Source: Eledone cirrhosa (Eukaryota). Taken from it: a stretch of DNA of 64,000 nucleotides. Position 1 is the first letter of the stretch; each line of letters begins with the position of its first letter. Shown here one piece after another: positions 13,158 through 27,523 of this stretch. Where the stretch lies: contig OZ024743.1 in NCBI GenBank assembly GCA_964016885.1, positions 179,490,001 to 179,554,000 on the forward strand. Reading direction: 5' to 3'. The translations under genes and the position numbers were made by a program. Below the pieces are notes generated by a model, which was not told the DNA's origin, searched no databases, and saw only the letters and a list, made by a program, of their open reading frames with translations.

Positions 13158-13195
13158 AATTTTGAAAAGCATAAGAACTGTGAAACCGGTCAAGA
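13158..13195 (+). ncRNA. Minimal hammerhead-like motif with U3:A8 core
   Basis: UUGAAAA-gca(uaagaac)ugu-GAAA-CCGG-UC; stem I is weak. Confidence 0.5.
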
Positions 13196-13247
13196 AAATA
13201 AATAAATATTGTTAAAAAGACTGCAGTTGCAATTTTGATTTCTTTTC

Positions 13248-13296
<49 letters not shown>

Positions 13297-13859
13297 TTTT
13301 AATGGTAGGCAAAATGAACATTGTTTATGTTTCTAGAGGTCAACCATATATCACACCCTCTGCATTACACAAATCTTTAAGTCATTAACCAGGAAAGGGT
13401 GCGGATTTACAGCGCATGTGTACGTTCCACCTACTATATCATTCAAACTGGGAAGAAAGTCTTTAATAATGAGCATAATACTCACATATATGATTTAAGG
13501 AAAATGTGATTGAAGAAAAATACTGCTCTCAATCAAATGCCATACAATAAATTTGGCTTGAACAATTAAAGGATGCAAATATTGTTCGCCTATCTAACGC
13601 ATCCTTTGATTTGAAGTGACATTTCTTGTGTAGCCTTTAAATATCTTGGTTGAAACTACTGCATAATTCTTATCCTTCTATTCTAGTCAACTGATACTAC
13701 TTTAGAGAATCGAAATTGAACAGAAAATAAAGCAAAGCCACATGCCAAATGCTACATTAAAAGATTACAGTCAGATACAGTTAAAGAGATCAAAATATTT
13801 CCCTGCCTAATTTTCCACACCGTCACGTCTAATTGGCTCCAAACTTGAATTTCGACATC

Positions 13860-14040
13860 TTTTAATACTCCTACATTATAGTTTACGTCTCCACTAACCT
13901 CTACAGTTCTGATTTAATACTCCGATCTTATAGATTACATCTCAACCAACGTCTACAGTTCTGATTTAATATTCCAACCTTATAGATTATATCTAATCTA
14001 ACGTCTACAGTTCTGATTCTATACTACCTTATAGATTGCA
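13860..14040. repeat. Degenerate minisatellite, unit about 50-55 bp, 3+ copies
   Basis: Repeated tatagattacatct..aacgtctacagttctgatttaatactcc. Confidence 0.75.
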
Positions 14041-14512
14041 TCTCTATAATAAATTGAGTCAACTTATACAGCTTCATATGCAAATGATATCAATCACCTC
14101 ATTTAAACTGACGAGAAAACTATATATTCTCGCCTGTTTGCAAAGTCCAAGATTTGTAAGAGCGGGAGGGATCGTCCTTATGATAACCAGTTCAGTTCGA
14201 AATGCATCGACGATTCTACCCCCTTGCTTCTACTGGTGGCGATACCTGCTGGTGGCGATACCTGCTGGTGTTTCTGCATAGCAACGGTTTTCTAAATATT
14301 TATTTATAAACATACCGCATTTCTTTAGAAATACAAAATTTCCATATATATATATATAGAGAGAGATTTTGAGTTTATGTTGGTTATATATCAACACCTC
14401 AGTATGCAGGCTAGAACACTCGACGAAGTGCGCAGGTTGGTTTGGTTACTCCGGAGTAGTGTAAAATAAAGTTAAATAAAAGTCAAATGATTAAAATTTA
14501 GCTTCGTTTATT

Positions 14513-14567
14513 ACTGCTATATATATTTCAGTGACAGCCATCTTTGGCTGTGACCTCTTCAGGCAGT
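14513..14567 (-). ncRNA. Type I hammerhead ribozyme
   Basis: acugc-CUGAAGA-ggucacagcca(aaga)uggcugucacu-GAAA-uauaua-UA/gcagu, followed by AAUAAA. Confidence 0.8.
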
Positions 14568-15008
14568 TTGAATTAGTATGGTATAGACAAGTACATATGT
14601 TGTTTAGGTGTATAATATTGTCAATACTCTGATATGCCCAGTTTTTTGTTGGGTTGTTAATTCACTGAGGTATATATATATATATACACAAAAAAAAATA
14701 GGTATATATATACAGAAATTACAATATGTAGGTCTAAATATGTGTAAGTATATATATATGTGTGTGTGTGTGTGCTTGTGTGTGTGCTTGTGTGTATGGA
14801 CAAATAAACGAAAATGTTGAATGTGATTAAATGGGTAAATGTGTTCAATTATTCAGCACAAATTCTAACGGTATCTATGTCACTTTCAAGAGGCGGTTGT
14901 GTTATATTACTTACATGGATGGAGTGCTGGAGATTATCCAGCTTTCGGAAAATTAAGCGTCACACATGTACGAATTTACATATACGCATATACATATATA
15001 ATATATGA

Positions 15009-15045
<37 letters not shown>

Positions 15046-15377
15046 TACATATATATATTATATATATATATGCGTGTGTGTGTGGGCGTGTATACACACA
15101 CACACATATATATATATATACATACATACTTTTTCTGTCTCTGTATCGGTACTATTTTATGTGTTTATGCACTTCAGCGGGAGCCATGTGCAACGTTGAT
15201 TCGTTTCCTGATAAATTTCACAGATAAAGCACATACACAAAGATACAAAGTAAAAATTCGACAAGCGAGAAAAAGAAAGATGTTGATCTAAAAGAAGAAA
15301 AAAACGATGGGGATACAAAATTAGAAAGGGGGCTGAGTGTGAGAGAGAAAAAACACAAAAGAAGAATGAAAATGAGC

Positions 15378-15435
<58 letters not shown>

Positions 15436-15630
15436 GTGTGAATAAGAATGGTTATTAACTTATTTCGATTCCTGATTTAATTTTGTGTACAAGTCTCTAA
15501 TTTCATAGTCTGCAGACCAACTAACAGAGCATGTTGAAAAGTTTGTCCCTCGCTAAATACAATCGAATGCATAAAAAGAAAAGAATATAAACCATCACAC
15601 GAAGAGACTCACACACACACACACACACAT

Positions 15631-15680
<50 letters not shown>

Positions 15681-15710
15681 TATGTCTAGATTTTCAGAGA
15701 TGTATAAATT

Positions 15711-15770
<60 letters not shown>

Positions 15771-16277
15771 ATACATAAATACGTATACCAAGCGTCGTTA
15801 TTGTTTTATTGAAGAGAATAAATTCGCCCGTTACTTACAATACAGAAATCTTCATGGTCTACCATTTCTTCTTTCACTACAACTCCAGATATAATTGTGT
15901 TGTTGAACTCTTTTATTCTATTGAAATATTGATCATTTTTCTAGTCGCTTTTTGTATCTTTCCTTTATTCCCTTAGTTTTTGTTTTCTTCTTCGAATGTA
16001 ATAAACTCTTGGGAATTGTTGCCCTGAAGTTTTAACATGTAAAGCAAATTAACTGGACCAAAAATAGTGTAATCTTTGGAAATTCTTTCCACGAGGGAGA
16101 GAACAGACGTAAATATAAAGCAAATAAAACAAATTGTAACAGTTATTCAAATATCAAACAAAAGGATAATCCAAGACAGACAACCTCCGCTCTTTATTGA
16201 TATTTGTCATGATTTTCGTCAAATTGTTCATAGCTAAACCTCTAGCTTTTTGGTTCCATATATATATATATTTATAA

Positions 16278-16368
<91 letters not shown>

Positions 16369-16487
16369 TAGATAGATAGATAGGTAGATATATATATCAT
16401 CCATTCACACTCACATACATAAACGCAGATTTCTCTCTCTCTCTCCCTCTCTCTCGCTCTCTTTAGATATTTATATATATGTATGTC

Positions 16488-16519
<32 letters not shown>

Positions 16520-17107
16520 TGTGTGTGTGTGTGAGAGAGTGAGTGTATTGAATTCATACATTGATCTCTGAAAATCTAGAAATACCATTTGTCCCCCTTT
16601 AGCAATTTAATTATTTCTTTTTAACTCCACCTTTTAATTAAATAAAGCATTTTTTTCATATTGTATAAATTGGATTCTTCGAAACACGTTAGAACTTTTT
16701 TAGTCAACAATAACTATTAATTCTACATCACAGACCCCTGGCTCTTGGTGAGGATGAATATGTATGTGCCTGTGAATGTGAATATATGTCTGTATGTACA
16801 CTTATCTATATATTTATATACACATATATGTGTGCTCATTCCCACATATACACCCATCTATGGATGTATAAATGTATGTTTTGTTTTTGTTATGTATCTT
16901 TAGGGAATACTATGTCATTATGTGTGTACCCTTAAGCTTCAATGGTGTACCTGATCTCTCTCCTGTAATTGTAATATTACACTTTATGAAAGCCTATTTA
17001 ATTTACCTTGTGTTTATGTCGGTCTGCGGATGAGTACATGTGTGTCTGAGTGTATATATGAGTATGTGTTTGTGCTTAAGTATTTGTCCCTGCATATTAT
17101 GTTTGTA

Positions 17108-17182
17108 CAGGGTGTCCCAATAAATGTATACATATTTTTATTAGAATGCTGTTGAAGTGTGTATACATTCTTTAGGACTCTG
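17108..17182. mobile_element. Tiny Tc1/mariner-type MITE
   Basis: TA-flanked imperfect TIRs: cagggtgtccc..aatgtataca and tgtatacatt..ggactctg. Confidence 0.55.
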
Positions 17183-18373
17183 TATTACATTTGTATATAA
17201 TCATAGAGCAGCCGATATTAATCTTTATAATAATCTGAGTATTTCTACTCCCCCTACCATATACGTATGCAAGTGTGCTTCTATAATTGTCTTTGTGTAT
17301 ATTTTGTATATGTTCAACGATCATTCCATCTCTTTATATACCCCTGTGACTTCGTCTGATGCGGTGTTTACACGTGTTTCTCTATGAGTTAAAAAATATT
17401 TGGTGTTGTCTGAGAACTAAATTGATTAAATTTCTCGTGGTATTTACGCCGGATATCTACGGTTTGATTTCAAATCACAACAATGTAAAGTTTGTTTATC
17501 ATATCTTTCGGGGTCGATAAACGTTGGACCAATCCAGGACAAAATTCTTGACAGTTGAACGAGATTCCTTGCAGTACCGCTGTTCGTCCTTTGCGACTAC
17601 ACTGATATCAATTTGTATCGATATTTAGCGATATTTGGGGCAACATGGAGGGAATGTTGAGGTCATGCGTGAAAAAGTGTTGGTCTTCCACAAAAGTATT
17701 GCCTATGCAGGAAGTTTTCCACAGCAGATCCATGGTCTCCCAAAAAACACAGAGGTCTTCAATATTTCTGTGTGTTTCTCAGTTCGTATAAACTTCTGTA
17801 AATGTATGAAGAACAATATATATGAAATCTGATTAAAACCTGAATTCATATAGCTACATCGATCATCAGATCATCAGTTGGCAGAATGAGAAGAACTTCG
17901 GATAATAACACTTTCCTGCTTTTAATTATACACTCTACAAGAATTCAGATCGACAAGCTTTTGTGGGATTAATTAAATAAATACTAGGCAATACAGGTTC
18001 GATCAACTGTATTAATTCAACACATGTTATGTTGTGCCTAAGAATGATATAGACAGAAGGGGCACAATTTTACAGTTAATCACTGACTTCATACGACATT
18101 ATTTATTTACAGAATAATTGTTATACCAAGAAAATAAAGGATTATGTCAAAGTCAGGGTTGATAGTATGCACAAAAGTGTTGTGACGGCATAAGGGTGGC
18201 TTGCATAGTTGACCGGGGCGGGATTTCAGGTCAGAGACTAAAGCAACATGATAAATTATCACATCATATTATGATGGAGAATTCTCTACCAATCTAATTT
18301 CATTCCAACCATCTTTCCAAGGACGCATTGAGTTCTAACAAGGTTATCAGCCCCTCCACAACCAGGTGGAATA

Positions 18374-18451
<78 letters not shown>

Positions 18452-18900
18452 TATTACTATTATTATTACTATATATATATATATATAATTTGTATCGATG
18501 CAACTGATAACTCATCCTTCTCAAGATCTAAGTCTTCGCACGAACATTATAAGCCACTGTTTCTATTAAAGTTGAGTTATATTCATAAAAGAAGTAAGAG
18601 ATAGATGGACAGAGTGTATTCAGTATTCAGTTTAACTCACCTACATACTCTGTTCAAATTACAAAAGCAAATTATTCCCGTGAGCTCTTTTAAAACATTT
18701 AAAAGAAGCCTGTTCTGGTATAACTAACCCATTCATTAACAGATTTCTAATGAAAGACCCTATCTGTGGTTTTCAAACAATTTAGAGAATAATGTAATAT
18801 TCGGTAAAATAATCATCTATCTCATTAAATTGCTCTTTGGAACAGATCTCAAAGGTTCATACATACAAAATATAATGGAGGGGTCTGTCTCTCCCTCACA

Positions 18901-18957
<57 letters not shown>

Positions 18958-18974
18958 ATATATATATATATATA

Positions 18975-19840
18975 CTAGCACTGGTACGCGGCGTTGCACG
19001 GGATAAGGTATTTTGGAACGCGGGCCGCCAACGGACCTAATCGTGGAAAAACTGCATGCTTGGACAATATGTAAAGAAAATAAATCGAATACTCTGATGG
19101 CTGGATAATTTTAAAGATTTTCCTCGATGAAGCAGGAAAAATGCACGTTTTCACCTAATAGGCGATCAAGAAAATAATTTTTTTTATGTGCATAATATGC
19201 CTTGAAATTTCGGGAAAATCGGCTAGACTTAACGCCTCCAAAAAGCCCTATAAAGCTGAAAAAATGAAGTTTTTCACCTAATGCGGGCCCTAGGCCATAA
19301 AAAGTTGGATTTTCTTTGCTCACAGTATGAAGAGACTGACTAATACATAGTTACAATTTCAAGGAAATCTTAAAAAAACGCAGTTTTTCACCTAATGCGC
19401 GCCCTAGGAGATCGAAAAGTTTACTTTTGTATGTGCATAACACTCCATGAAACATAAGTAATACACATGTAAAGTTTGAAAAACATCGGTTGGGTACTTC
19501 TCGAGTTTTAGGGATTCAAACTCACACACAGACATCCTCAGGGAAGTGACGTAATGCAGACATCCAGACATACGGACAGATATTTTAAGGGCGCGGTGTT
19601 ATATGTATGTATCTATCTAAAAAGAGAAAGACTAAACATTATAGAGAGAGATCGCTAAATGGCCCAATGCAGTCCCTAGGGCATTGAACATTTGAAATTT
19701 ATTTTGCTCAGAACACTCCCTGACACATAAGTATTACATATGTAAAGTTTGAAAACAGTATGTTGGGTGATTCTTGAGTTTTAGGGATTCAAACTCACAC
19801 ACACACAGACAGACATCCTCAGTTTTATATATATATATAT
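18975..19840 (-). mobile_element. Non-autonomous Helitron, second family
   Basis: Minus-strand 3' end cccgtgcaacgccgcgtaccagtgCTAGT. The other end (cagacagacatcctcagttttatatatat) resembles the first Helitron. Internal duplications: ttttcacctaat x3 and about 19430-19540 vs 19710-19822. Confidence 0.75.
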
Positions 19841-20569
19841 AAACTTTAGAAAATAGTTTAGTATCGTTGAATGAGGAGCAGTTTTAGTTTTAGATGGATT
19901 GGTAAGGAAATGTTTAATCAGAAGTTGCCTTAATGGTTGGAGAACTCTGCTAGAATCCGAAGTATACAGGCTTCGATCCTTCGTAGCGGCTGCTGGCCAG
20001 ATTTGTTTCCATCCACATGCTATTTTAACCGATTTTCTAAGCTATTATTTGTAGTAATCGATTGTGAATAGAATTATGTTTTCTGTTAGAGATTCTCATA
20101 TTGTGATATTATCCAGCTCTTCTATAGATTTTATAAAACATATCTACATCTATTGCTTTTCAGTATAGTTCCATAATTCAGACGAAATCTGTTGTTAGAG
20201 GTTATTTAACTAAACGGAATTCAACGGTTTGCCGGAATTCAACGGTTTTTCCTGAGACATTCTAACCACATGCCCGTAGTATAAGAACTGTGATCTCTCA
20301 ATTCGGAGAAGTAGCAGCTCTGCCATGTTGCAGTGTTCCAAACATAAGGTGATCGGCGTCAGGGCCTACCCTATTGTTGCTCTGTTGCTTTTATTTATGT
20401 TTCATTATGTAGCAAACATTTAATCTGTTTTTACATAGGACTCCTTCCCCAGTTGTACATGGAAATCCCACATGTTTCAGAATCCTTTTGTGTGATATAT
20501 TTTAAATTGCAAATACGATCCCTTGAGCCGTATAAAAGTTATTATTTATATTGCCTCCGATGCTGCACA

Positions 20570-20810
<241 letters not shown>

Positions 20811-21395
20811 CCCCTTAATCTTCTTCTCCGCCGTCCTCATCGTATTGAAGAAGAATCGATACTGCTTACATACAATTCTCTTAAGAATATATCAAATCAT
20901 CTTAAATATATTTGCTTTGCCAATTATGTGATTAGACATTTCTTCCTCATCTACTTATATTCTCCAAAATTAATTTCCAATCGTCTCCGAATTCCTCATT
21001 TCTATCAGTGGACTACTTATTGACGCTACTCAAGACATATTTATTTATTATTTATTTTCCCGTTATTCTGTTATTCTTAAGTGTTTGTTTAATATTCTGT
21101 TTCCTGTTTTTGACAAGAAATACATAAAAAAATATGAAATATATAGAAAGTAAAATATATTGAAAATCTGTGGATGAAGAAGAGTGTCTTTTATTTAAAT
21201 GTAAATCTTTTAAATATAATATTGCAGAAAGTGTATTAAAGTAGACGGGGGGGGGGGGCATAATAAAACCTATAATGTTTTCTTTTATTATCATTTTGAT
21301 AATTATTTATGTTATGATGAGATAGACAATAAAAAGGAATTCATTGAAAAGCTGACCGTAACATGTCTGGCATGTATAACAATATTTATGTCTGA

Positions 21396-21527
21396 TTCAT
21401 CATCATCATCGTCATCATCATCATCATCATCATCTCCATCATCATCACCACCACCATCATCATCATCTTCATCATCATCATCATCATCATCATCAACATC
21501 ATCGTCATCATCATTATCATCATCATA
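21396..21527. repeat. (CAT)n microsatellite
   Basis: Imperfect trinucleotide run. Confidence 0.95.
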
Positions 21528-22287
21528 AACAAGAAAAATACCTGTCCTCTTCTATTCTCTAATAGCCGTGAGCTACGATAAAAAGTTAAACACATATCTC
21601 TTCTAACAAACCCACAGCTACACATATCATTCCACCCCGAGACAAACCTCTTAATCATTATCTATAGTCTATCATTACTGTACAGGGTATATTCATACTG
21701 CATTCAGACAGAGGAAATACTGTGGTGGTACAGTTATAAAGTGTCCTTCAACTTCTAAGGCCGTAGATGTAGCGATCGTCTCTGCTATTACTGGAACTTT
21801 CACTGTTGTTGCTGTTGTAGTCAACGGCTTACTCTTTTTTCCTTTTTTGTTCAACTTTTTCGAGTACAGAGCACTCACGTGTTTCTTGCTGCCTCCTGTA
21901 TGGCAGATACGTTATTTGCCATGCACCTCCAGTAACACCGCTCTTGTCTCTATTGAAATAATAATTTTATACAAAAAGGTAATTGCCAGCATGCCAGAGG
22001 TTACATTAGTTTAAAACACACGAAAGAAAATTAGGAAAAAACTTCGTGTTCATCAGATCGGCCGACAGCAATCAGAAAAAAAACAGTACAGAAAAAAATT
22101 CCAACTGAAGAAATCTCCGGGGTGGGAAAATTCGAGGGCTTCTCGTCCAGACCCCATCCGTTTTGGTTTTGGGAGAAAAAGTCGATTGCGAGCATCTCAA
22201 AGATCAGATAAGTTGAAAACACGGAAAACATTAATTATTACCAATTTTATTTAGTGTTATAACCGGTCAACATAAAAACAAACTTCC

Positions 22288-22500
22288 TGTTTCTACATTT
22301 GGCACAAGGCAAACAATTTGAACGGAACGGGAAAGTCGATTAAATCGACCCTAGTGCGTTACTGGTATTGTATTTTATCGAGCACGTAAAGATAAAAAGC
22401 AAAGCTAACCACGGAAGGATTTGAACTCAGAACTCAAAATAATAGACCGCAAATCATGTTGTTCGACGCTCTTCCTATAACTGCCAATCTACCTCCCTTG
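22288..22500 (-). mobile_element. tRNA-derived SINE with Nin/Deu-like domain
   Basis: Shares ggcacaagg, tttatcga..gaaaggcaaag and the B-box complement gatttgaactc with the other copies. Confidence 0.75.
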
Positions 22501-22974
22501 TTTCTAAATCCTTATAGTACTTATAATTAGGATATTCTCTCAAGTCAAACAAATATCTATTAAATCATTAATTAAAACGAGAAAAAGTTAAGACCGTAAA
22601 GTACATATTAAGAAAAAACAATATAGTGACAATATAGATATTTGTTCCTAATTATATTCTAGTTTCAGCGCTGCTGTAGTTTCTCTTTAAATAACTTGAC
22701 CGTTTCTATACATAGTTTGTTAAGCTCTCTATTTATATTGTCCATAGTCCTACTAATATCTTGCGCTCACAACACAAATATCGTATCCATCAATAATGCG
22801 CTCATATATACATCCACAAAACTTCCAGAGATTTTCCCTTAACAATCTCTTAATACTATTGACTCGCAAATATCTATTTAGCACGCCAAATCTAAATACA
22901 TTTACTTTTCAGCATTTTCTTTCTCTCTCTCTCTCTTGTTCACCCCCCCCCCCCCCTTCACTCTAGCCACCCCC

Positions 22975-23027
<53 letters not shown>

Positions 23028-23080
23028 ATATATTTATATACACGCGCACACACACACAGATACACACACAGACACACACC

Positions 23081-23194
<114 letters not shown>

Positions 23195-23394
23195 TACACA
23201 TATATATACATATAGAAGCATGTATGTATGGATAGGTCGGTGGATGTGTGAGTGTCTGTTTGCTACAAACTTATAAAGAAATGTTTCCTGCCCAACCACA
23301 CGAAAATAAATTATATAATCTCAAAAATGAAGATAGAGATAATAAAAAAAATAACACCACTAACACCATCACAAAGAAGAAGAAAAAATTATAG

Positions 23395-24585
23395 TGGTTT
23401 CTGATTTAAGCACAAGAACAGCAATTTGGGGGGGACAGGAAATCGAAAGATTAAAGGCTAAGCTAACCTCGGCGGGATTTGAACACAGAACGTAAAATGC
23501 CCTAACTCTATGCCGCTAGGCATGTTCTCCGACACTCTACCAATTCTGTCAATCCAATAATAATTATTATTTCGACTTTTGGCCCAAGGCCAGCAATTAT
23601 CCCAGTGTATTACAGGTACTTTATTTTATCGACCCCGTAAGGATGAAAGGCAAAGTCAACCTCGGCGGGATTTGAACTCAGATCGTTAAGGGACGTAACT
23701 ATGCTGGAAAGCATGGCGTCCGACCCTCTACCGATACTGCCAATCCACCGCCTTCTGTCATCCAATAATAATAATTATTTACACTTTTAGCACAAGGCCA
23801 GCAATTATTCCAGTGTATTACTGGCACTTTATTTTATCGACCCCGTGAGGATGAAAGGCAAAGCTAACTTGGTAGGATTTGAACACCGAACTTAAAGGGC
23901 AGTAATACTAAGCATGTTGCTCGACGCTCTCCCGATTCTGCCAATCCAATAATAATGATGTTAATAATAATTGTTTCTACCTTTGACACAAGGCCAGCAA
24001 TTATCCAGTACATTACTGGTACTTTATTTTATCGACCCCGTAAGGATGAAAGGCAAAGTTAACCTCGACGGGATTTGAACTCAGACCGTAAAGGGACGTA
24101 ACTATGCTAGAAAGCATGGCGTCCAACCCTCTACCGATACTGCTAATTCACCGTCTTATGATGTTAATGATAATTGTTTCTACTTTAGGCACAAGGCCAG
24201 CAATTATCTCAGTGTATTACTGGTACTTTATTTTATCGACCCCGTAAGGATGAAAGGCAAATTTAACCTCGGCGGGATTTGAACTCAGAATGGCAAGGGC
24301 CGTAACTCCATGCGTCAAAGCATGGCGCCCAACCCTCTACCGATACTGCCAATTCACCGCCCTATGATGTTAATAATAATAATAACAATAATTGTTTCTA
24401 CTTTTGGCACAAGACCAGCAATTATCCCAGTGTATTACTGGTACTTTATTTTATCGACCCATGTAAGGATGAAAGGCAAAGTTAACCTCGGCGGGATTTG
24501 TACACAGATCATAAAGGGGTGTAACTCTATGCTGCAAAGCATGGCGTCCGACCCTCTACCGATACTGCCAATCCTCCGAATAACA
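23395..24585 (-). mobile_element. Tandem array of about 6 Nin/Deu-like tRNA SINEs separated by (AAT)n
   Basis: Units of about 170-220 bp start near 23395, 23565, 23775, 23970, 24172 and 24390. The core is actttattttatcgaccccgtaaggatgaaaggcaaagttaacctcggcgggatttgaactcag; the first unit is partial. Confidence 0.9.
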
Positions 24586-25063
24586 ATAATAGCGGTAGTA
24601 CATATAATTAAAGATTAAGGTATTCTGTGCAAAGATTCGTTTATTTATCAGTGTTTTAAAGGAAATTTGAGGATTGCCTATTGTCATTGTTTTAGTTAGG
24701 GAACTATGTTACATGGAGTCTTGACACTTTCAATACTTTTACATGAGATATATGATATATGCAGCTTATAAACCTTTCAAATCAATTCATCCTCCATCTT
24801 CGCTATCTTCAACAGTTAAATTCGAACATTCAATGAGAAAAATAAATAAAATACATGTGAACTCAACTACAACTTTTATATATATATATAGTGTGTGAGT
24901 GTGTGTGAGTGTGTGTGTGTGTGAGTGTATGTATGTCAGTGTGTGTGGATGTACATATGTATATATAAGTATGTGGATATATGAATGCACACATTTGTAT
25001 ATATACATACACACACACACTGACATACATACACTCACACACACACACAAACACACACATATA

Positions 25064-25201
<138 letters not shown>

Positions 25202-25209
25202 TATATATA

Positions 25210-25403
25210 TTGCAACTGCTCCTTCGTGGGGCATATTGAAGGCCACCATAATTTGTGTTAAAGCAAATGCATGATAATCTTATCACTGACCGTTCCCGAG
25301 TGTGCTCCCCAAGAAAGATAGTACGGTACTTAGCGACAACCTTAACCATACCCCACTTTTTTCATTCAGGTCATATTTAAATATCAATTCTATTCAGCTA
25401 GTC

Positions 25404-25470
<67 letters not shown>

Positions 25471-25493
25471 GTGTGTGTGTGTACACATATGTA

Positions 25494-25587
<94 letters not shown>

Positions 25588-26248
25588 TATATACACATAT
25601 ATATATATACATATACATATATACATACAATGTATATATATATATATATATATCTGAATATATGCATATATATTTTATATAGTCTTTTGAAAAGTATGTA
25701 ATAAGATGCCGGTTACTATCGAAGTGTAAAATCTCTCTCGGTTAAATAAGCAAAATATTATCATGCAAGGATTCATATGTAAATGCATGAAATGATCCTA
25801 TATGCCTGTGTCCAGTAGGTGTATGTTTTCCATATTTATATCCTTAACGTTGTGATTTATGTCTAGTTAATCCATAATAGATCAAGCAAGCTTAAGTTAA
25901 AAACCTTTCAGCCATGACCATAGCCTCGTTTTTATTTGTATATAGACATAAACTACCCGTCATTTCCTTATATAAGATGATAGTTTTGATTTTATCGATT
26001 AATCAGACATCAACAAACTCAAACGAAGTATAATAAAAATGCCGTTGCTATTTTGACTAGCTAATTAGAATTGATATTTAAATATTACCTGAATCAAAAA
26101 AGTGGGGTATGGTTAAGGTTGTCGCTAAGTACCGTGTTATCTTCCTTGAGGAGCACACTCGGGAACGGTCAGTGATAAGATTTTCATGCATTTGCTTTAA
26201 CACAAATTATGGAGGCCTTCAATATGCCCCACGAAGGAACAGTTGCAA
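25210..26248. repeat. Inverted duplication of about 195 bp (25210-25405 vs 26058-26248)
   Basis: ttgcaactg.tccttcgtggggcatattgaaggcc...cagctagtca matches the reverse complement of the second segment with scattered substitutions. Confidence 0.92.
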
Positions 26249-26265
26249 GAGGCTTTAGTTGCAAG

Positions 26266-26849
26266 CTAATTTACATCAGCTTGAGCAGAGGATATGGAAG
26301 CATTTGTGTGGTATTGTGTGGCATTTACAGGGTAATAATGAATCGACCAGCTGCATAGTTTTGACACACACACATGGTCAAAATCTTGTATCGCAATAGC
26401 TGGCGTATCTGTGCTCCTAGTGTGACAATGGAAATCTATTTGTAATTTTGTTTTATCCAAAGAGCAAACCTATGAAAGCTTTTATTTCAAATATCAGTAT
26501 TTGTCCATACAAACAAGTCTCATCTATTTCCACTGTAGCGCTATTTTCTTAATGAAGGATTAGAGTGGATACAGATAAGTATTAGTACATCGGAAGGGAG
26601 ATCATGTATAAAAGGCTGGGAAAGACACCGTAAAACATTTGGCCCGAATCTCTAACGTATCTGCGAATCCACCACTCTGAATGTATGATAGGTGCAGTTT
26701 TTATTACTGAGATGGAAACTCAAAGAGCACTGGTACAGAACAGATCCCACAATAATTTTTTTAAATGTCTACCTATTTACCGCAACATATTGAAAGGTAT
26801 AAACGCATGAGCAGAAACCAAATACAATGGTAATGGGGAGGCTAACCAT
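26266..26849 (-). CDS. Candidate two-exon small secreted protein, about 90 aa: join(26849..26781, 26469..26266)
   Basis: A GT donor after 26781 and the acceptor ctttcatAG at 26470 join in frame, giving MVSLPITIVFGFCSCVYTFQYVA-VCSLDKTKLQIDFHC..CVSKLC... No homologue recognised. Confidence 0.25.
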
Positions 26850-27523
26850 TGCCTCATTACCAGTTTTACAGCAAAGTGTGAGCTCAGATGTAACACAAGC
26901 AAAATATGGTTGAGAGCTGTGTGCACACACAAGCAAATCCTGATAGAATTCTATATGCCATAAATCTATTTCATTGTTGTAAACTCTTGTGGGTTCAGAA
27001 AGAAACATAGACGTTTGATTCAGGGCAGATATTACGTGTGTTTTAAGTACAGCCTTAATGGTAAATTGAAGTCGTTATTCTCAAATGAATTAGAAAACCA
27101 GATGAAGGGTTAATACTAGGTTCCAGAATTTAATATTTTCAGAACATCATCGGTTGCAGGTCCTAGGATAGCCGCAATATTCGACTAGTCCTTAACACCC
27201 GAATCCCCTGCCCAGGAAAACTAATCTACCATTTGGTAATGCCAGCCTAAAATCTAAAAATGTGAAATGGATGCCGGGACGAAAACGTAAAGTGTGTTAA
27301 AATATACACACAAAGAAAGAAAGCCAAAAATAGAAAAGGAAAGTATGACATCTTGAGGGTCCCATCTTATTCTGAAATTACAGATAATTTACATTCCTTT
27401 CAATTGACAACCAAACCCTAAGGGAGGTCCTGGGTAAATTTAAGGAATAGTAAAGAAACAATGATCTGTTTCTCACACATTCACGTATCATTAGTTCTAA
27501 CAGGTGAACAGCAAAATTGTTAG

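Larger units (their letters stand above)
10890..13250 (-). mobile_element. Decayed, 5'-truncated Neptune-type Penelope-like element with probable inverted pLTR (13035-13250), interrupted by a Helitron
   Basis: YKQISGTAMCTIVAPTYA (13034-12970), INNNTQFTMEYSQDQLPFVDILI, NIPFNL.RRICTIVS and a Cys linker/GIY-YIG remnant, all similar to ORF 36143..38422. A plus-strand hammerhead segment abuts the 5' truncation. Confidence 0.8.

Noticed and set aside
19920-20010. Possible tRNA gene (similar segment at 50960-51040)
   Set aside because: Only degenerate A/B-box-like motifs and no cloverleaf; probably old SINE heads.
23395-24585. Regularly spaced repeats resembling a CRISPR array
   Set aside because: Units are about 200-bp SINEs without unique spacers, in a eukaryotic context with no cas genes.
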